Shown here piece by piece: positions 50,538 to 60,643 of a DNA stretch of 64,000 nucleotides (position 1 is the first letter of the stretch; every line of letters begins with the position of its first letter). The position numbers were made by a program, and so were the translations under genes. The stretch comes from an uncultured Gammaproteobacteria bacterium (GTDB lineage: Bacteria; Patescibacteriota; Microgenomatia; Levybacterales; GWA1-39-11). Below the pieces are notes generated by a model that made no database searches, was not told the origin of the DNA, and saw only the letters and a program-made list of their open reading frames with translations. The stretch covers positions 14,509-78,508 of the forward strand of contig CAZIAP010000004.1 of assembly GCA_964537315.1 (NCBI GenBank). Reading direction: 5' to 3'.

Positions 50538-51377
50538 TTACCGAAGACTTCTTAAACGCTTTACGCGTTCTTCAACGGGAGGATGTGTAGAAAACAGACT
50601 CATCATAGAGCCTCCAAGTCCACCTAGAGGATTTCCAATATACAGAGAAGATAAAGCAGGATTCACTTTTTTAGGATTTCTGCGGGTTGAATCATGGATT
50701 GCGATCAATGCTGACGCAAGTGCGTGTCCGCTGCCAATCGCTTTTGCTCCAGACTCGTCTGCTCCATACTCTCTTTGACGCGATACTGCCATCTGGATAA
50801 TGCTTCCTGCGATTGGAACTAAAATGGCGATAAGCAGTGTCAGCATACCTCCTCCTCTATTATCATCACGGTCTCCACCCAGGCCACCAAATAGGGTCAT
50901 GTTTGCCAAAAATGACAATGAGCTTGCAAGTACTGCAGCAATCGTCGCAATTAAAATATCTCTGTTCTTAACATGGGCAAGTTCATGTGCAAGTACTCCT
51001 TTTAGTTCTTCCTTTGAAAGGACATCCAGAATTCCTTGAGTTACAGCAACTGACGCATGACCGGGTCCTCGACCAGTAGCAAATGCATTTGCCTGTCTGT
51101 CAGGTGTAATATAGAGATCAGGCATTGGAATTTGCATTTTATGAGATAGTTCCTTAACCATACTATAAACTTCAGGAGCTTGAGATTGTTTAAGAGGTTT
51201 TGCTCCGCTCATTTTCAACGCAATCTTATCAGAGAAAAAGTATGAAACACCGTTCATAAGCAACGCGAATATAAATGCAATATAAACACCTTGCTCGCCG
51301 CCGAGTAATCCTCCGACAAAAATAACCAGCACACTCAATACCCCGAGCAATGCAACTGTCTTTAACATACTTCCCAT
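50538..51377 (-). CDS. htpX: Zinc metalloprotease HtpX (M48)
   Basis: NAFATG, HELAH, SRQREY.AD, FSTHPP. Confidence 0.95.
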   Translation of the reverse strand: MGSMLKTVALLGVLSVLVIFVGGLLGGEQGVYIAFIFALLMNGVSYFFSDKIALKMSGAKPLKQSQAPEVYSMVKELSHKMQIPMPDLYITPDRQANAFATGRGPGHASVAVTQGILDVLSKEELKGVLAHELAHVKNRDILIATIAAVLASSLSFLANMTLFGGLGGDRDDNRGGGMLTLLIAILVPIAGSIIQMAVSRQREYGADESGAKAIGSGHALASALIAIHDSTRRNPKKVNPALSSLYIGNPLGGLGGSMMSLFSTHPPVEERVKRLRSLR

Positions 51378-51482
51378 AAATATATTTTATCATATGTTGA
51401 CAACTACTGATAACACCCCAAGCAATTGTATGAGAGTTGTAATAAATACTTTAAAAAATGCTAATTTTGCTATACTTTTAGT

Positions 51483-53786
51483 ATGGAACATAGTAAAATA
51501 ACCGCTAGCGCGCACAAAGTAAGTATAAACTTGGCAACTAAAATTAAACAAAGCGCACAACAGAGCAAAACCAAACTTCATAAACTTCGAAGCTCTATTA
51601 AAGAAAAAGGATTCATACCAACCATGAAACAATTTATATCAGAAACCTGGCACAGTGGAAAAAAACCAATACTTTATCTAATCGGGTTGGGGATTTTAAT
51701 ACTTATCCTTACTCCAATACTCACTTACTTATATTTCGTGCGAGACATGACCAGTAAAGAAAGTATCATGACAAGAAAAAACGAAGGGGTGGTATTGCAA
51801 GATAGAACAGGAAATCCATTTTTTACACTCTATGAAGCCAAAACACAAAACCGAGTCACACTCGATCAGATTACTGAAGAGACTCAACAGGCAGTAGTGT
51901 CCATCGAAGACAAAGACTTCTATACTCATAGAGGATTTTCTATCTCAGGATTGGGACGTGCGCTAGTAGCAAATATCAGAAATGAGAGTATCACTCAAGG
52001 AGGGTCTACTATTTCTCAGCAGGTTGTAAAAAATACACTACTCAGTCAGGATAGAAGCTTTTTGAGAAAATATCAGGAGTTATTCCTTGCCTTAGAACTG
52101 GAACGTAGGTTTTCTAAGGAAGATATTTTGGAGATGTATCTTAATACATCATATTTTGGAGAAGGAGCATTCGGGATTCAAGATGCTGCGCAGACTTATT
52201 TCTCAAAAGATGCAAATGAGCTGACACTTGCAGAAAGTGCACTTATGGCGGGGATTTTACCTGCTCCGTCTGCATACTCTCCAATATCAGGCAACGCTGA
52301 GAGAGCGTATGCCCGACAAAAATTAGTCCTTCAACTTATGCAGCAGCAGGGGTATATCACAGAAGATGAACGCGCACAAGCAGAAAAGGAACAGATAACA
52401 TTTAATCCCTCTTCGACAGGAATTAACCAAACAGCGCCCCACTTTGCGCTCATGGTACAAGAAGAGTTAATAAACAAATATGGAGAACAGAGAGTCGCCC
52501 AATCAGGCTACGTCGTCAAGACCACACTTGATCGACAGGGACAAGAGTTAGCACAAAAGGCAGTAAGAGACAGAGTTGCTGCTCTACAAAGAAATGGTGT
52601 GAGTAACGGCGCTGCGGTAGTTATGGATCCTACAAATGGAGAGATTTTAGCACTTGTTGGAAGTCATAACTGGGCAGACGAAGAAAACGGAAAAATTAAT
52701 ATGGCTACTGCTGCTCGCCAACCAGGATCTTCTTTTAAACCAATTGTCTATGCAAAAGCACTAGAGGACAGACTCATTACGCCTGCAACCCAGCTAAAAG
52801 ACGAGGAAATCAGCTTTCCTGGTGGGTACAAACCAAGAAATTATGACAGAAAATTTCGCGGCGAGGTACTAGTACGCTATGCTCTGGCGAACTCACTAAA
52901 CATTCCTGCAGTACTAGTAATGGATATGGTAGGCGTTCGCGATACAATCAGTTATGCTGAACAGCTCGGAATTACAACCCTTAACTCACCTGATAGATAT
53001 GGTCTATCTCTCGTATTAGGTGCTGCCGAAGTTCCCTTGACCCAGATGACAGCATCATACGCTGTATTTGCAAACCAAGGGGTTAGAGCCACACCTACAA
53101 CAATACTTGAAGTTACTGATAAAAAAGGAAAAGTCATCTACCAACATACCTCAGAAACCCGACGAGTTATGCCGAGTTCAGTGGCATTTCAAATCTCATC
53201 CATTCTCTCTGATAATAGAGCTCGCTCAGATACGTTTGGAGGATCTCTAACAATTTCTCGTCCTGCAGCAGTTAAAACAGGAACTACCGAAGATTATCGT
53301 GACGCGCTTACCATAGGGTATACGCCTCAGATTGTCGTAGGAGCTTGGGTAGGAAATAATGATAATACGGAAATGGATAATATTGCCGGAAGCTTAGGGG
53401 CAGCTCCAATCTGGCGACAAATCATGGAGCACTTTTTGCGAGGAAAACCTGTAGTTCAGTTTACACCACCTAACGGAATCGTTCGAATGGAGGTTTGTCG
53501 AGAAAACGGACTGAGAGCAGAAGTTGCAACAGAGAGTGCATATCCCGAGTTCTTCTTGCCAGGCACTACGCCAAAAGATAGCTGTAATATACCAACTCCT
53601 ACACCTGAAGACGAGGATGAAAATGAAAATGATGAAGATAATAACGATGAGGAGAATAATGAAGATGAAAATGAAGAACCGACTCCTACACACACACCTG
53701 CTCCGACGAATACACCACAACCCACAAGCACTCCCACGCCAATAAATATTCCTATCATAAATAACTCTCCTACTCCGGTTATTTAA
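51483..53786 (+). CDS. Class A penicillin-binding protein
   Basis: EDKDF, QGGSTISQQ, RKYQE, SSFK, SLN, KTGT. Confidence 0.95.
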   Translation: MEHSKITASAHKVSINLATKIKQSAQQSKTKLHKLRSSIKEKGFIPTMKQFISETWHSGKKPILYLIGLGILILILTPILTYLYFVRDMTSKESIMTRKNEGVVLQDRTGNPFFTLYEAKTQNRVTLDQITEETQQAVVSIEDKDFYTHRGFSISGLGRALVANIRNESITQGGSTISQQVVKNTLLSQDRSFLRKYQELFLALELERRFSKEDILEMYLNTSYFGEGAFGIQDAAQTYFSKDANELTLAESALMAGILPAPSAYSPISGNAERAYARQKLVLQLMQQQGYITEDERAQAEKEQITFNPSSTGINQTAPHFALMVQEELINKYGEQRVAQSGYVVKTTLDRQGQELAQKAVRDRVAALQRNGVSNGAAVVMDPTNGEILALVGSHNWADEENGKINMATAARQPGSSFKPIVYAKALEDRLITPATQLKDEEISFPGGYKPRNYDRKFRGEVLVRYALANSLNIPAVLVMDMVGVRDTISYAEQLGITTLNSPDRYGLSLVLGAAEVPLTQMTASYAVFANQGVRATPTTILEVTDKKGKVIYQHTSETRRVMPSSVAFQISSILSDNRARSDTFGGSLTISRPAAVKTGTTEDYRDALTIGYTPQIVVGAWVGNNDNTEMDNIAGSLGAAPIWRQIMEHFLRGKPVVQFTPPNGIVRMEVCRENGLRAEVATESAYPEFFLPGTTPKDSCNIPTPTPEDEDENENDEDNNDEENNEDENEEPTPTHTPAPTNTPQPTSTPTPINIPIINNSPTPVI

Positions 53787-53816
53787 TATCCTCCCTTCGC
53801 TTGATTTTCAGATCAT

Positions 53817-54245
53817 ATGAGCTATAATCAGCTCAAGATGAAAGAAAAGGAATCCACTACTCCTCCAGTTGAGACTAGACAATCACCAAAACCTAAACCG
53901 CCTCGGGATCCGATCTATCAGCTTTTTCCTGAGCATACAGATTTATTAGATAAAGCACGAGTAGTCGTAGAAAATATTGCATTAGGACAATCAACCGATG
54001 AAGAGATTGAAGAACAGTTTAATCAACTCTTTTTAGACCCTGAAGACGAAGAATTTCTTACTAATGATATGCACCCTGAACTATACCGTCTATCACCAAT
54101 GGCGTATTTGAGAAAGCGAGTGGATTATGAGATTGCAGAAGGACTAATTTCAAAATCATCTATTGAAACAGCAAAAACAGTAATGATTGAAGGAGAAGAC
54201 TTACTAATCGATGAGACTGCAAATTCACCGCTAAATAATAATTAA
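53817..54245 (+). CDS. Hypothetical protein
   Basis: ORF only. Confidence 0.5.
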   Translation: MSYNQLKMKEKESTTPPVETRQSPKPKPPRDPIYQLFPEHTDLLDKARVVVENIALGQSTDEEIEEQFNQLFLDPEDEEFLTNDMHPELYRLSPMAYLRKRVDYEIAEGLISKSSIETAKTVMIEGEDLLIDETANSPLNNN

Positions 54246-54854
54246 TTATTTATCAATAATATAATACCTAATTTCTTCTTTATCAGGCTCCAGTAAGTTA
54301 TATAAATATGTAATATCTTCATCTGAATGTCTGATGCAGCCACTTGAGCCTTGATCCCAGTCAGCAAGCTTATCAGGATTACCTGCTGTTCCATGCAACC
54401 CAAACGCACCTGGCAGCACCCAATGACACTGCTGACCGTTACACTCATTGTACGGCACAGGACCGTATGGCTCAGTGTCAGGCGCTGGAACATCAAGAGT
54501 TATAAAATATGGAGCAGTTTCAGGATTATCTGGTTCAGGCTGCTTAGTGGTAATAACCCAGTATTCTCTACTGACTAACTCAGGTAGTGGCGTTGGACGC
54601 TCATTTGGAACTCCTGTCTTAACTCTAAAGGAGCGAATATGTTCACTTCGAGATTTATCACCCGGCACTCCTCTATACAAATTTTCGATATTGGATTTTC
54701 GCTGAAGCTCAAACCAATACGCTTCCTGCTTTTCAACTATTGATTCAGTTACATGTTTGGAAGAGGTATCAGAAGTAGAGTTTCTGATAAATAAGCTTGC
54801 TCCAATAAGCACGAGTATTAAAGCGATATTTATAGTTCGTCGACTAATTTTCAC
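54246..54854 (-). CDS. L,D-transpeptidase (YkuD-like)
   Basis: TG...RPTP, FGLHG, SSGCIR; N-terminal TM. Confidence 0.85.
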   Translation of the reverse strand: MKISRRTINIALILVLIGASLFIRNSTSDTSSKHVTESIVEKQEAYWFELQRKSNIENLYRGVPGDKSRSEHIRSFRVKTGVPNERPTPLPELVSREYWVITTKQPEPDNPETAPYFITLDVPAPDTEPYGPVPYNECNGQQCHWVLPGAFGLHGTAGNPDKLADWDQGSSGCIRHSDEDITYLYNLLEPDKEEIRYYIIDK

Positions 54855-54914
54855 ACTAGCTATTGTAGCACAGAAGTCTACACCTTACACCCTAAACCTT
54901 GTATAATACGAAAC

Positions 54915-55877
54915 ATGGCAAATTTTTGGGAAAAATTGGATAAACCATTCTTAGTGCAAGCTCCTATGGAACAAGTTACTGATATGGTGGTACGACAAAT
55001 GCTTTTAAAAGCAGGTGCGCCTGATGTCTTCTTTACTGAGTTCACCAACGTAGACGGAATTTGTTCAAAAGGCAGCGAACATGTTGCAAAAAGGCTGCTT
55101 TACGGCTCAGAACAAAGGCCAATTGTTGCACAAATCTGGGGATTAAACCCTGAAAACTTTAAAAAATCTGCCGAAATTTTAGTAGAAATGGGTTTTGATG
55201 GGATCGATATTAACATGGGATGTCCTGACCGTGATGTTATCAAAAAAGGTTGCTGTGCTGCTCTTATTGATGATCCTATCCGTGCGAAAGAAATCATCGA
55301 TGCTACCAAAGAAGGCGCAAAATCTCTACCTGTAAGTGTTAAGACTAGGATTGGCATAAGATCAATTAAGACTGAAGAATGGGTTTCATTTTTATTGGAA
55401 CAAAACCTTCCTGCACTAACTATACACGGACGGACTGTATCTGAAATGTCAAAAGTTCCTGCCCACTGGGATGAGATCGGTAAGGCTGTCAAAATCCGTG
55501 ATGAGATGAAAAAAGATACGCTCATCATCGGAAACGGTGACATCCTGTCACGGGAGCAGGCTATAGATATGCACGAAAAGTATGGTGTGGACGGCATAAT
55601 GATCGGACGCGGCATTTTTTACAACTTCTGGGTATTTAATAAAAATATGAATCCTGAAAACATTACAGTTTCCCAGCGACTCTCCTACTTGGAAGAACAT
55701 ATTAAGCTTTTTGAAAAAATCTGGGGAAATAAAAAAGACTTCAATATTAGTAAAAAGTTTTACAAAGTATATATTAGCGGCTTTGATAATGCGAGTGAAA
55801 TCCGAGAACAATTAATGAAATTTAACAATGCAACCGATACCCTGCAATACTTACAGGAGTTGAAGAGTAGTTATTAG
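54915..55877 (+). CDS. dus: tRNA-dihydrouridine synthase
   Basis: APM, IDINMGCP, SVKTRIG, IHGRT, GNGDI, MIGRG. Confidence 0.95.
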   Translation: MANFWEKLDKPFLVQAPMEQVTDMVVRQMLLKAGAPDVFFTEFTNVDGICSKGSEHVAKRLLYGSEQRPIVAQIWGLNPENFKKSAEILVEMGFDGIDINMGCPDRDVIKKGCCAALIDDPIRAKEIIDATKEGAKSLPVSVKTRIGIRSIKTEEWVSFLLEQNLPALTIHGRTVSEMSKVPAHWDEIGKAVKIRDEMKKDTLIIGNGDILSREQAIDMHEKYGVDGIMIGRGIFYNFWVFNKNMNPENITVSQRLSYLEEHIKLFEKIWGNKKDFNISKKFYKVYISGFDNASEIREQLMKFNNATDTLQYLQELKSSY

Positions 55878-56016
55878 TTATTGGTTCATAGTTCATATAA
55901 TTAAATTTTGACACTATGAGCAAGACTTGTCGAGAGCTTTTGCTTCTTTTGTCGGCACAAAAGAAGTATAATAAAAAAATCATAATGATTCTAAACAAGT
56001 CAGAATTATAAAAACC

Positions 56017-56202
56017 ATGCAAAAGGAAGCATTAAACCCTATAGAACATTCCTTCGAAGAAACAGGAGACTCTTGTCCTAAATGCGGCAACACGCTTATG
56101 AGGAAACAAGAAAGCAACCGGATCATAAAGTACTGCGTCACTGAATCATTCGATGTAAAATCAGGAAAAGTTACTCCCTGCGGATTTGTAAAAACTGTTT
56201 AA
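56017..56202 (+). CDS. Small C4 zinc-ribbon protein
   Basis: CPKCG..L...YC...CGF. Confidence 0.6.
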   Translation: MQKEALNPIEHSFEETGDSCPKCGNTLMRKQESNRIIKYCVTESFDVKSGKVTPCGFVKTV

Positions 56203-57092
56203 ATAGTTACTGCATTGCGACATCCCATCGGACATAAAGATCTACCTGTATCTGGGTCAGCACAGTTCTCGCATAATATAAAATGCCGCGCACAATCATC
56301 ATCGATACAGTTGATAAGCCTCTCACTTTTTTCGTTACATTTAGTACACCTTCCTACAACTTCATGCTCTGGATCGTCAGTATTGAATCCCATAATCATC
56401 CGCTTATCAAATACATACAGCTTTCCCTTAAAATCCAGGTTAGGATACTTTTCCATATAGGAGACAATGCCTCCTTTAAGTTGGTACACATCTGTAAATC
56501 CCTGTGTTAGTAAGAATCCGGAAGCTTTTTCGCAACGTACCCCACCCGTACACACAGTTAAAACTTTTTTATCTTTGAGATGCTCTATATTTGGCAACAT
56601 GCCGGGTAAATCACGGAAGAATTCCATACCGGGAAAAATTGAGTTTTCAAACCTTCCCACTGCATATTCAAAATCATTGCGCATGTCGATAATGTAAAAC
56701 TCCTGCTTGTTTGGTCCATGAATCCATTCATATAATTCTTCTGGAGCTAGATATTTACCTGTCGTAACTCGAGGATCCACGTCCCGCTCTTTTAAGTGAG
56801 TGCTTACTATCTCGTCTCTCACACGAATCCTAAGCTTTTTAAACGCATCGCCAATCCCATCACTTTTTTTCCAGTGAATATCTGCAAATCTTGAATCTTT
56901 TGTCATCTCTGCAATATATTTATTGATATTTTCTGTAGTACCCTCTACCGTTCCGTTAATCCCTTCCTTTGCTACGATAATTCTACCCTTTAAACCAAGC
57001 TTCTCGCATAGCCTTCGCTGAGACTTCATAAGCCTTACAGGATAATCAATAGGTACATATTTGTAATACAAAAGTATCGTGTACATACGCAT
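56199..57092 (-). CDS. trhO: tRNA uridine(34) hydroxylase, rhodanese (YceA)
   Basis: GRI.VAKEGINGT, RNDFE, CTGGVRCEKAS, LKGGI, YVFDKR. Confidence 0.93.
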   Translation of the reverse strand: MRMYTILLYYKYVPIDYPVRLMKSQRRLCEKLGLKGRIIVAKEGINGTVEGTTENINKYIAEMTKDSRFADIHWKKSDGIGDAFKKLRIRVRDEIVSTHLKERDVDPRVTTGKYLAPEELYEWIHGPNKQEFYIIDMRNDFEYAVGRFENSIFPGMEFFRDLPGMLPNIEHLKDKKVLTVCTGGVRCEKASGFLLTQGFTDVYQLKGGIVSYMEKYPNLDFKGKLYVFDKRMIMGFNTDDPEHEVVGRCTKCNEKSERLINCIDDDCARHFILCENCADPDTGRSLCPMGCRNAVTI

Positions 57093-57111
57093 GTATTATA
57101 CTAAACCTTTC

Positions 57112-57147
57112 TTTAAAGAAAAACCCTCGTACATATGTACGAGGGTT
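57112..57147 (-). terminator. Intrinsic terminator
   Basis: AACCCTCGTACA-TA-TGTACGAGGGTT then T-tract on - strand. Confidence 0.75.
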
Positions 57148-57168
57148 AATCGTTACCATAACCAGGAA

Positions 57169-57813
57169 CTATCGTTGTTTTCCTGAATTTGGATTTGCTT
57201 GGACATAGCTTACACACTGTCCTTGGTTTTTGAATGACGGATTACTAAATGTCATCCATCCACCCTTTTTACATTGGTCTTTACTGGTTGGAACAGTAAC
57301 AGGAAGAGGAACAACTACTTCCACACCATTTACGGCAATGTTTGAAAGTGTTGTCTGTCCTTCTTCATCCTGAACTATGTTAATTCTCCTTACTGTTTCA
57401 CCTTCTGGTAAAGATTCTCCACCATAGGTTTCACCAGCTTCAAAGACTACAGTGCCATCAGCATCTGCATCTCCATGGACACAACCAAGGAAAATGGTTG
57501 AACCATTCTCCAGGGTGACATTGAAGCGGGGAGCACCTGCTCCACAATATCCGTCTACATCAAAGCTGAGAGTCATACCGGTTGTAGATAGTCCTTCCAC
57601 GCCCTCAAGTGTTGCACCTGCGGCTGAATTTGTAGAGGTAGGAGCATTTTTTTCTAATCTCAAATCTCCGTTACTATCTACTTCTGAAACTACTGAGCCA
57701 GTGTTATCCGGATCGTAGGTCCATGGTTCTAAAGTTACACTTGCAGCCTGTGCAGTAACTGCAAAAACGAACACTGCTGCAACTGATAACATACCTGCTA
57801 AGAGTTTTTTCAT
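57169..57813 (-). CDS. Secreted protein with C-terminal C-KGGW...FKNQG-C module
   Basis: Signal peptide, SD AAAGGAGGTG, PTSKDQCKKGGW...FKNQGQCVSY. Confidence 0.7.
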   Translation of the reverse strand: MKKLLAGMLSVAAVFVFAVTAQAASVTLEPWTYDPDNTGSVVSEVDSNGDLRLEKNAPTSTNSAAGATLEGVEGLSTTGMTLSFDVDGYCGAGAPRFNVTLENGSTIFLGCVHGDADADGTVVFEAGETYGGESLPEGETVRRINIVQDEEGQTTLSNIAVNGVEVVVPLPVTVPTSKDQCKKGGWMTFSNPSFKNQGQCVSYVQANPNSGKQR

Positions 57814-57873
57814 TTCTGTCACCTCCTTTCGTATAGATCTTTTTGAATATCACTAATTAATAAATTCAGCCAC

Positions 57874-57894
57874 AAAAAAACCCGCCGTAGCGGG
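57874..57894 (-). terminator. Intrinsic terminator
   Basis: CCCGC-TACG-GCGGG-TTTTTTT on - strand. Confidence 0.7.
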
Positions 57895-58026
57895 AAATTA
57901 ATAATTGAATTATTCTACTTTTTTAAAAGTCAGACAAAGGATATGCATAGAAGGTATAGACTACACAACTTAGCAATAAAAATCAATCAATTTTACATGT
58001 TTCATACCGTTTTCTGATCTTTACGC

Positions 58027-59142
58027 TTAAAGTGATGAGAGAGCTTCTTTGGCAATCGTTTGGTTTTTATTGTAATATACGGCTTTTTCGAACTCAGCTC
58101 GTGCAGCTTCAATATTTCCTTGTGCTTGGTAACTTTTCCCTCGCAAAATATACATTTCAGAAAAGGCAATATTGTTGTTTGCAATAATCCAGTCAGTTAG
58201 TGCAAATACCCGTTCATGATCACCTATTTCAACATAGGCGTGAAGAGGTTCGATCTGATACCACATCATTCGAGCGGGAAGTACTGCTGACTGGGCCTTC
58301 TCATAAAACTCTACACTCTTTTGTGCGTTACCCAAGTGGTAATATGCAGTTGAAAGATTAAAAAGATCATAAGCTGAGTTTGGATTTTTTTGCAAATTTT
58401 GTTGGGCACGCATGATCGCATTTTCATAAGCTTTATCCTGATCCATATTCTCTCCTAAGATAGCTGTTACAATACCGTGTTTTTCTTTTGGATATACCAA
58501 GATATACCCATAATTAAATGGCTTCCACATTTCCTCAAATGTAGAGTACTCATACTCTAAATTTCTTCCTTCATATGAATCATCTTGAATAAATATACCG
58601 CGAGCATCATCGTATCCACGGACAATTCTGAAGTGACCAATGTCCTCATCAGGATGCAACCATGTACGTAAAACAACAGGAATATCATTTGCAATTAGTG
58701 TTTTCAATAATTCTGTAGTGCCATTTGGTCGGGCAATACCTTGCAAACCATATTTTTCTGCATACTCAACAAATTCAGGAGCAAATACTGATTTATCATC
58801 AATACCTCCAGCAGGATTATTGAAAGGTCTCATCTGTTCACGAAGCTCATCTTGAGAGATATTAACTCCAAAATATGACATCGCCATTGAAAGCGTTGCA
58901 GGACCGCAGTTATTAAATGTCTGCGAGACATGAGACGCAGACGGTATTACATATGCTTGAGGCGAAGACTTGACCTTAGTTGAAGGGGTTGCAGAGGGAG
59001 CAGAACCATCTATCACAGTATTTTTATTTGCGTTAAATGAATTATCAATAGGTGAATTAAGGTTATTAACCAATATAATGCCTACCGCACCCACAACCGT
59101 AAGCAGTATTAGAATACCTGAAAATATATGATACTTCTTCAT
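58027..59142 (-). CDS. C39-like cysteine peptidase with TPR repeats
   Basis: QTFNNCGPA, GHFRIVRGYD, QDS; C-terminal TPRs; N-terminal TM. Confidence 0.85.
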   Translation of the reverse strand: MKKYHIFSGILILLTVVGAVGIILVNNLNSPIDNSFNANKNTVIDGSAPSATPSTKVKSSPQAYVIPSASHVSQTFNNCGPATLSMAMSYFGVNISQDELREQMRPFNNPAGGIDDKSVFAPEFVEYAEKYGLQGIARPNGTTELLKTLIANDIPVVLRTWLHPDEDIGHFRIVRGYDDARGIFIQDDSYEGRNLEYEYSTFEEMWKPFNYGYILVYPKEKHGIVTAILGENMDQDKAYENAIMRAQQNLQKNPNSAYDLFNLSTAYYHLGNAQKSVEFYEKAQSAVLPARMMWYQIEPLHAYVEIGDHERVFALTDWIIANNNIAFSEMYILRGKSYQAQGNIEAARAEFEKAVYYNKNQTIAKEALSSL

Positions 59143-59201
59143 AAACGTCCAAATTTTATCACTATCGCACAAATGAAACAAATATCAGAGGTAAAAAAAC
59201 T

Positions 59202-60245
59202 CTAAATTCCTTTTACGTGTCTATCAAAAAACTCAAGAGAACGCTGTATTGCAGTATTAAAATTATGACTAATATTATGATCGTCTCCCGTATATTCATA
59301 GTACTCTACTGTTTTTCCGACGGACTTTAGTTGCTGATCAAGATTTTGAGAAAATGCCACAGGCACTGAATCGTCAGCCGTTCCGTGGTGGATTTGTACA
59401 GGTCCTGAGATATCTGCTAAGTAGTTATTGGCAGACAGTGTTTTCCAAAATGGGTCCTGATCATTCGGTTCACCGTATTCTTGTAATAATAAACCTCTCC
59501 ACCCTCTCGCTCTACGTGCAGCATCTGATTGAGGATCAGACGATCTTCTGCGCCAATTATTAATAAGATCTGGATACGATGCAACAACCCCAGCCCAGAT
59601 TACACCTGCTTTAATATCATCTCGTACCACCATGCTTCGCAATGTAATGTGTCCACCCATCGAATGTCCCCAAAAACCTATCCTGTTAGGGTCTGCATCC
59701 GAGTGTCTCTTTATAGAAGCAAGTGCATTGAGCACATCAATAGTATAGCCATTTGAACCATACCCGCCTGAGGCAGTACCTTCAGAATTACCGTGTCCAC
59801 GATAATCAGATTTAATCGTAATATACCCATTACGGGCAAATGTGTCTTGGTAGGCGACGTATCTTTCGTTAGTACGATACTCTGCAGGAGGAATATAGCC
59901 ATGATTAAAAACTATCACTGGCCATCCAGAGGGTGGCCTCTGTCCATTGGGAATAGTTAGCAATGAAAAGATTTTTAACCCTTCGGATTTATAGGACGCA
60001 ATGTAACGGCTATAATTTGATCCAGACTCAAGCTCCTGTTCTATAACTATGTCACTTCCGGTATACTCCCCGTTGCGAAGTGCTTCGATCGAAAGCGGAT
60101 GTGGAGGGATTGATTTATCTATCAGTCCACCTTCGTTTTCGTCATTAAACTCAGTTGATGGAGATAATATCTTTTGCTGTGTTAGAAAATATAGTGTACC
60201 TGCTGCAACAATGACAAATAAAACTAAACCTAGCTTAAGTTTCAT
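59202..60245 (-). CDS. Membrane-anchored alpha/beta hydrolase (S9-like)
   Basis: NHGYIPP, DYRGHG, GHSMGG, HGTADDSV, DDH. Confidence 0.85.
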   Translation of the reverse strand: MKLKLGLVLFVIVAAGTLYFLTQQKILSPSTEFNDENEGGLIDKSIPPHPLSIEALRNGEYTGSDIVIEQELESGSNYSRYIASYKSEGLKIFSLLTIPNGQRPPSGWPVIVFNHGYIPPAEYRTNERYVAYQDTFARNGYITIKSDYRGHGNSEGTASGGYGSNGYTIDVLNALASIKRHSDADPNRIGFWGHSMGGHITLRSMVVRDDIKAGVIWAGVVASYPDLINNWRRRSSDPQSDAARRARGWRGLLLQEYGEPNDQDPFWKTLSANNYLADISGPVQIHHGTADDSVPVAFSQNLDQQLKSVGKTVEYYEYTGDDHNISHNFNTAIQRSLEFFDRHVKGI

Positions 60246-60317
60246 AAAATATATTTGATTTGATTAAAGACATATGTATAATAGCTTCATTTTTTACTTA
60301 GGTCAATACTAATAAAT

Positions 60318-60626
60318 GTGCTACAATTGGGTGTGGCAAAAGCAAAATACAAAGAGTATTACGACATGATGACTCAGCAGCATAGCGATCTGCTGGAAAA
60401 ATTTAAAGAAATTCATGATCAGTATGTAGAACAGCCGGATAAATGGCGAGAGGAATTTAACAGTGTTGGCGCAAAAGTTGTTGAAATCATGCGTGACTAT
60501 GAATTACGGCTATGTTCAAATTCTGAAGGTGGGCGCTACGGCAAGTACGCAGCAAATCTAGCAGACAAGTTCTGGGATCACGTTCGCAAAACATACCCCA
60601 AAATTGACTTCGTAGGAACGAAGTAA
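60318..60626 (+). CDS. Hypothetical helical protein
   Basis: ORF with plausible composition. Confidence 0.6.
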   Translation: MLQLGVAKAKYKEYYDMMTQQHSDLLEKFKEIHDQYVEQPDKWREEFNSVGAKVVEIMRDYELRLCSNSEGGRYGKYAANLADKFWDHVRKTYPKIDFVGTK

Positions 60627-60643
60627 AAGTAATTAAAATAAAT

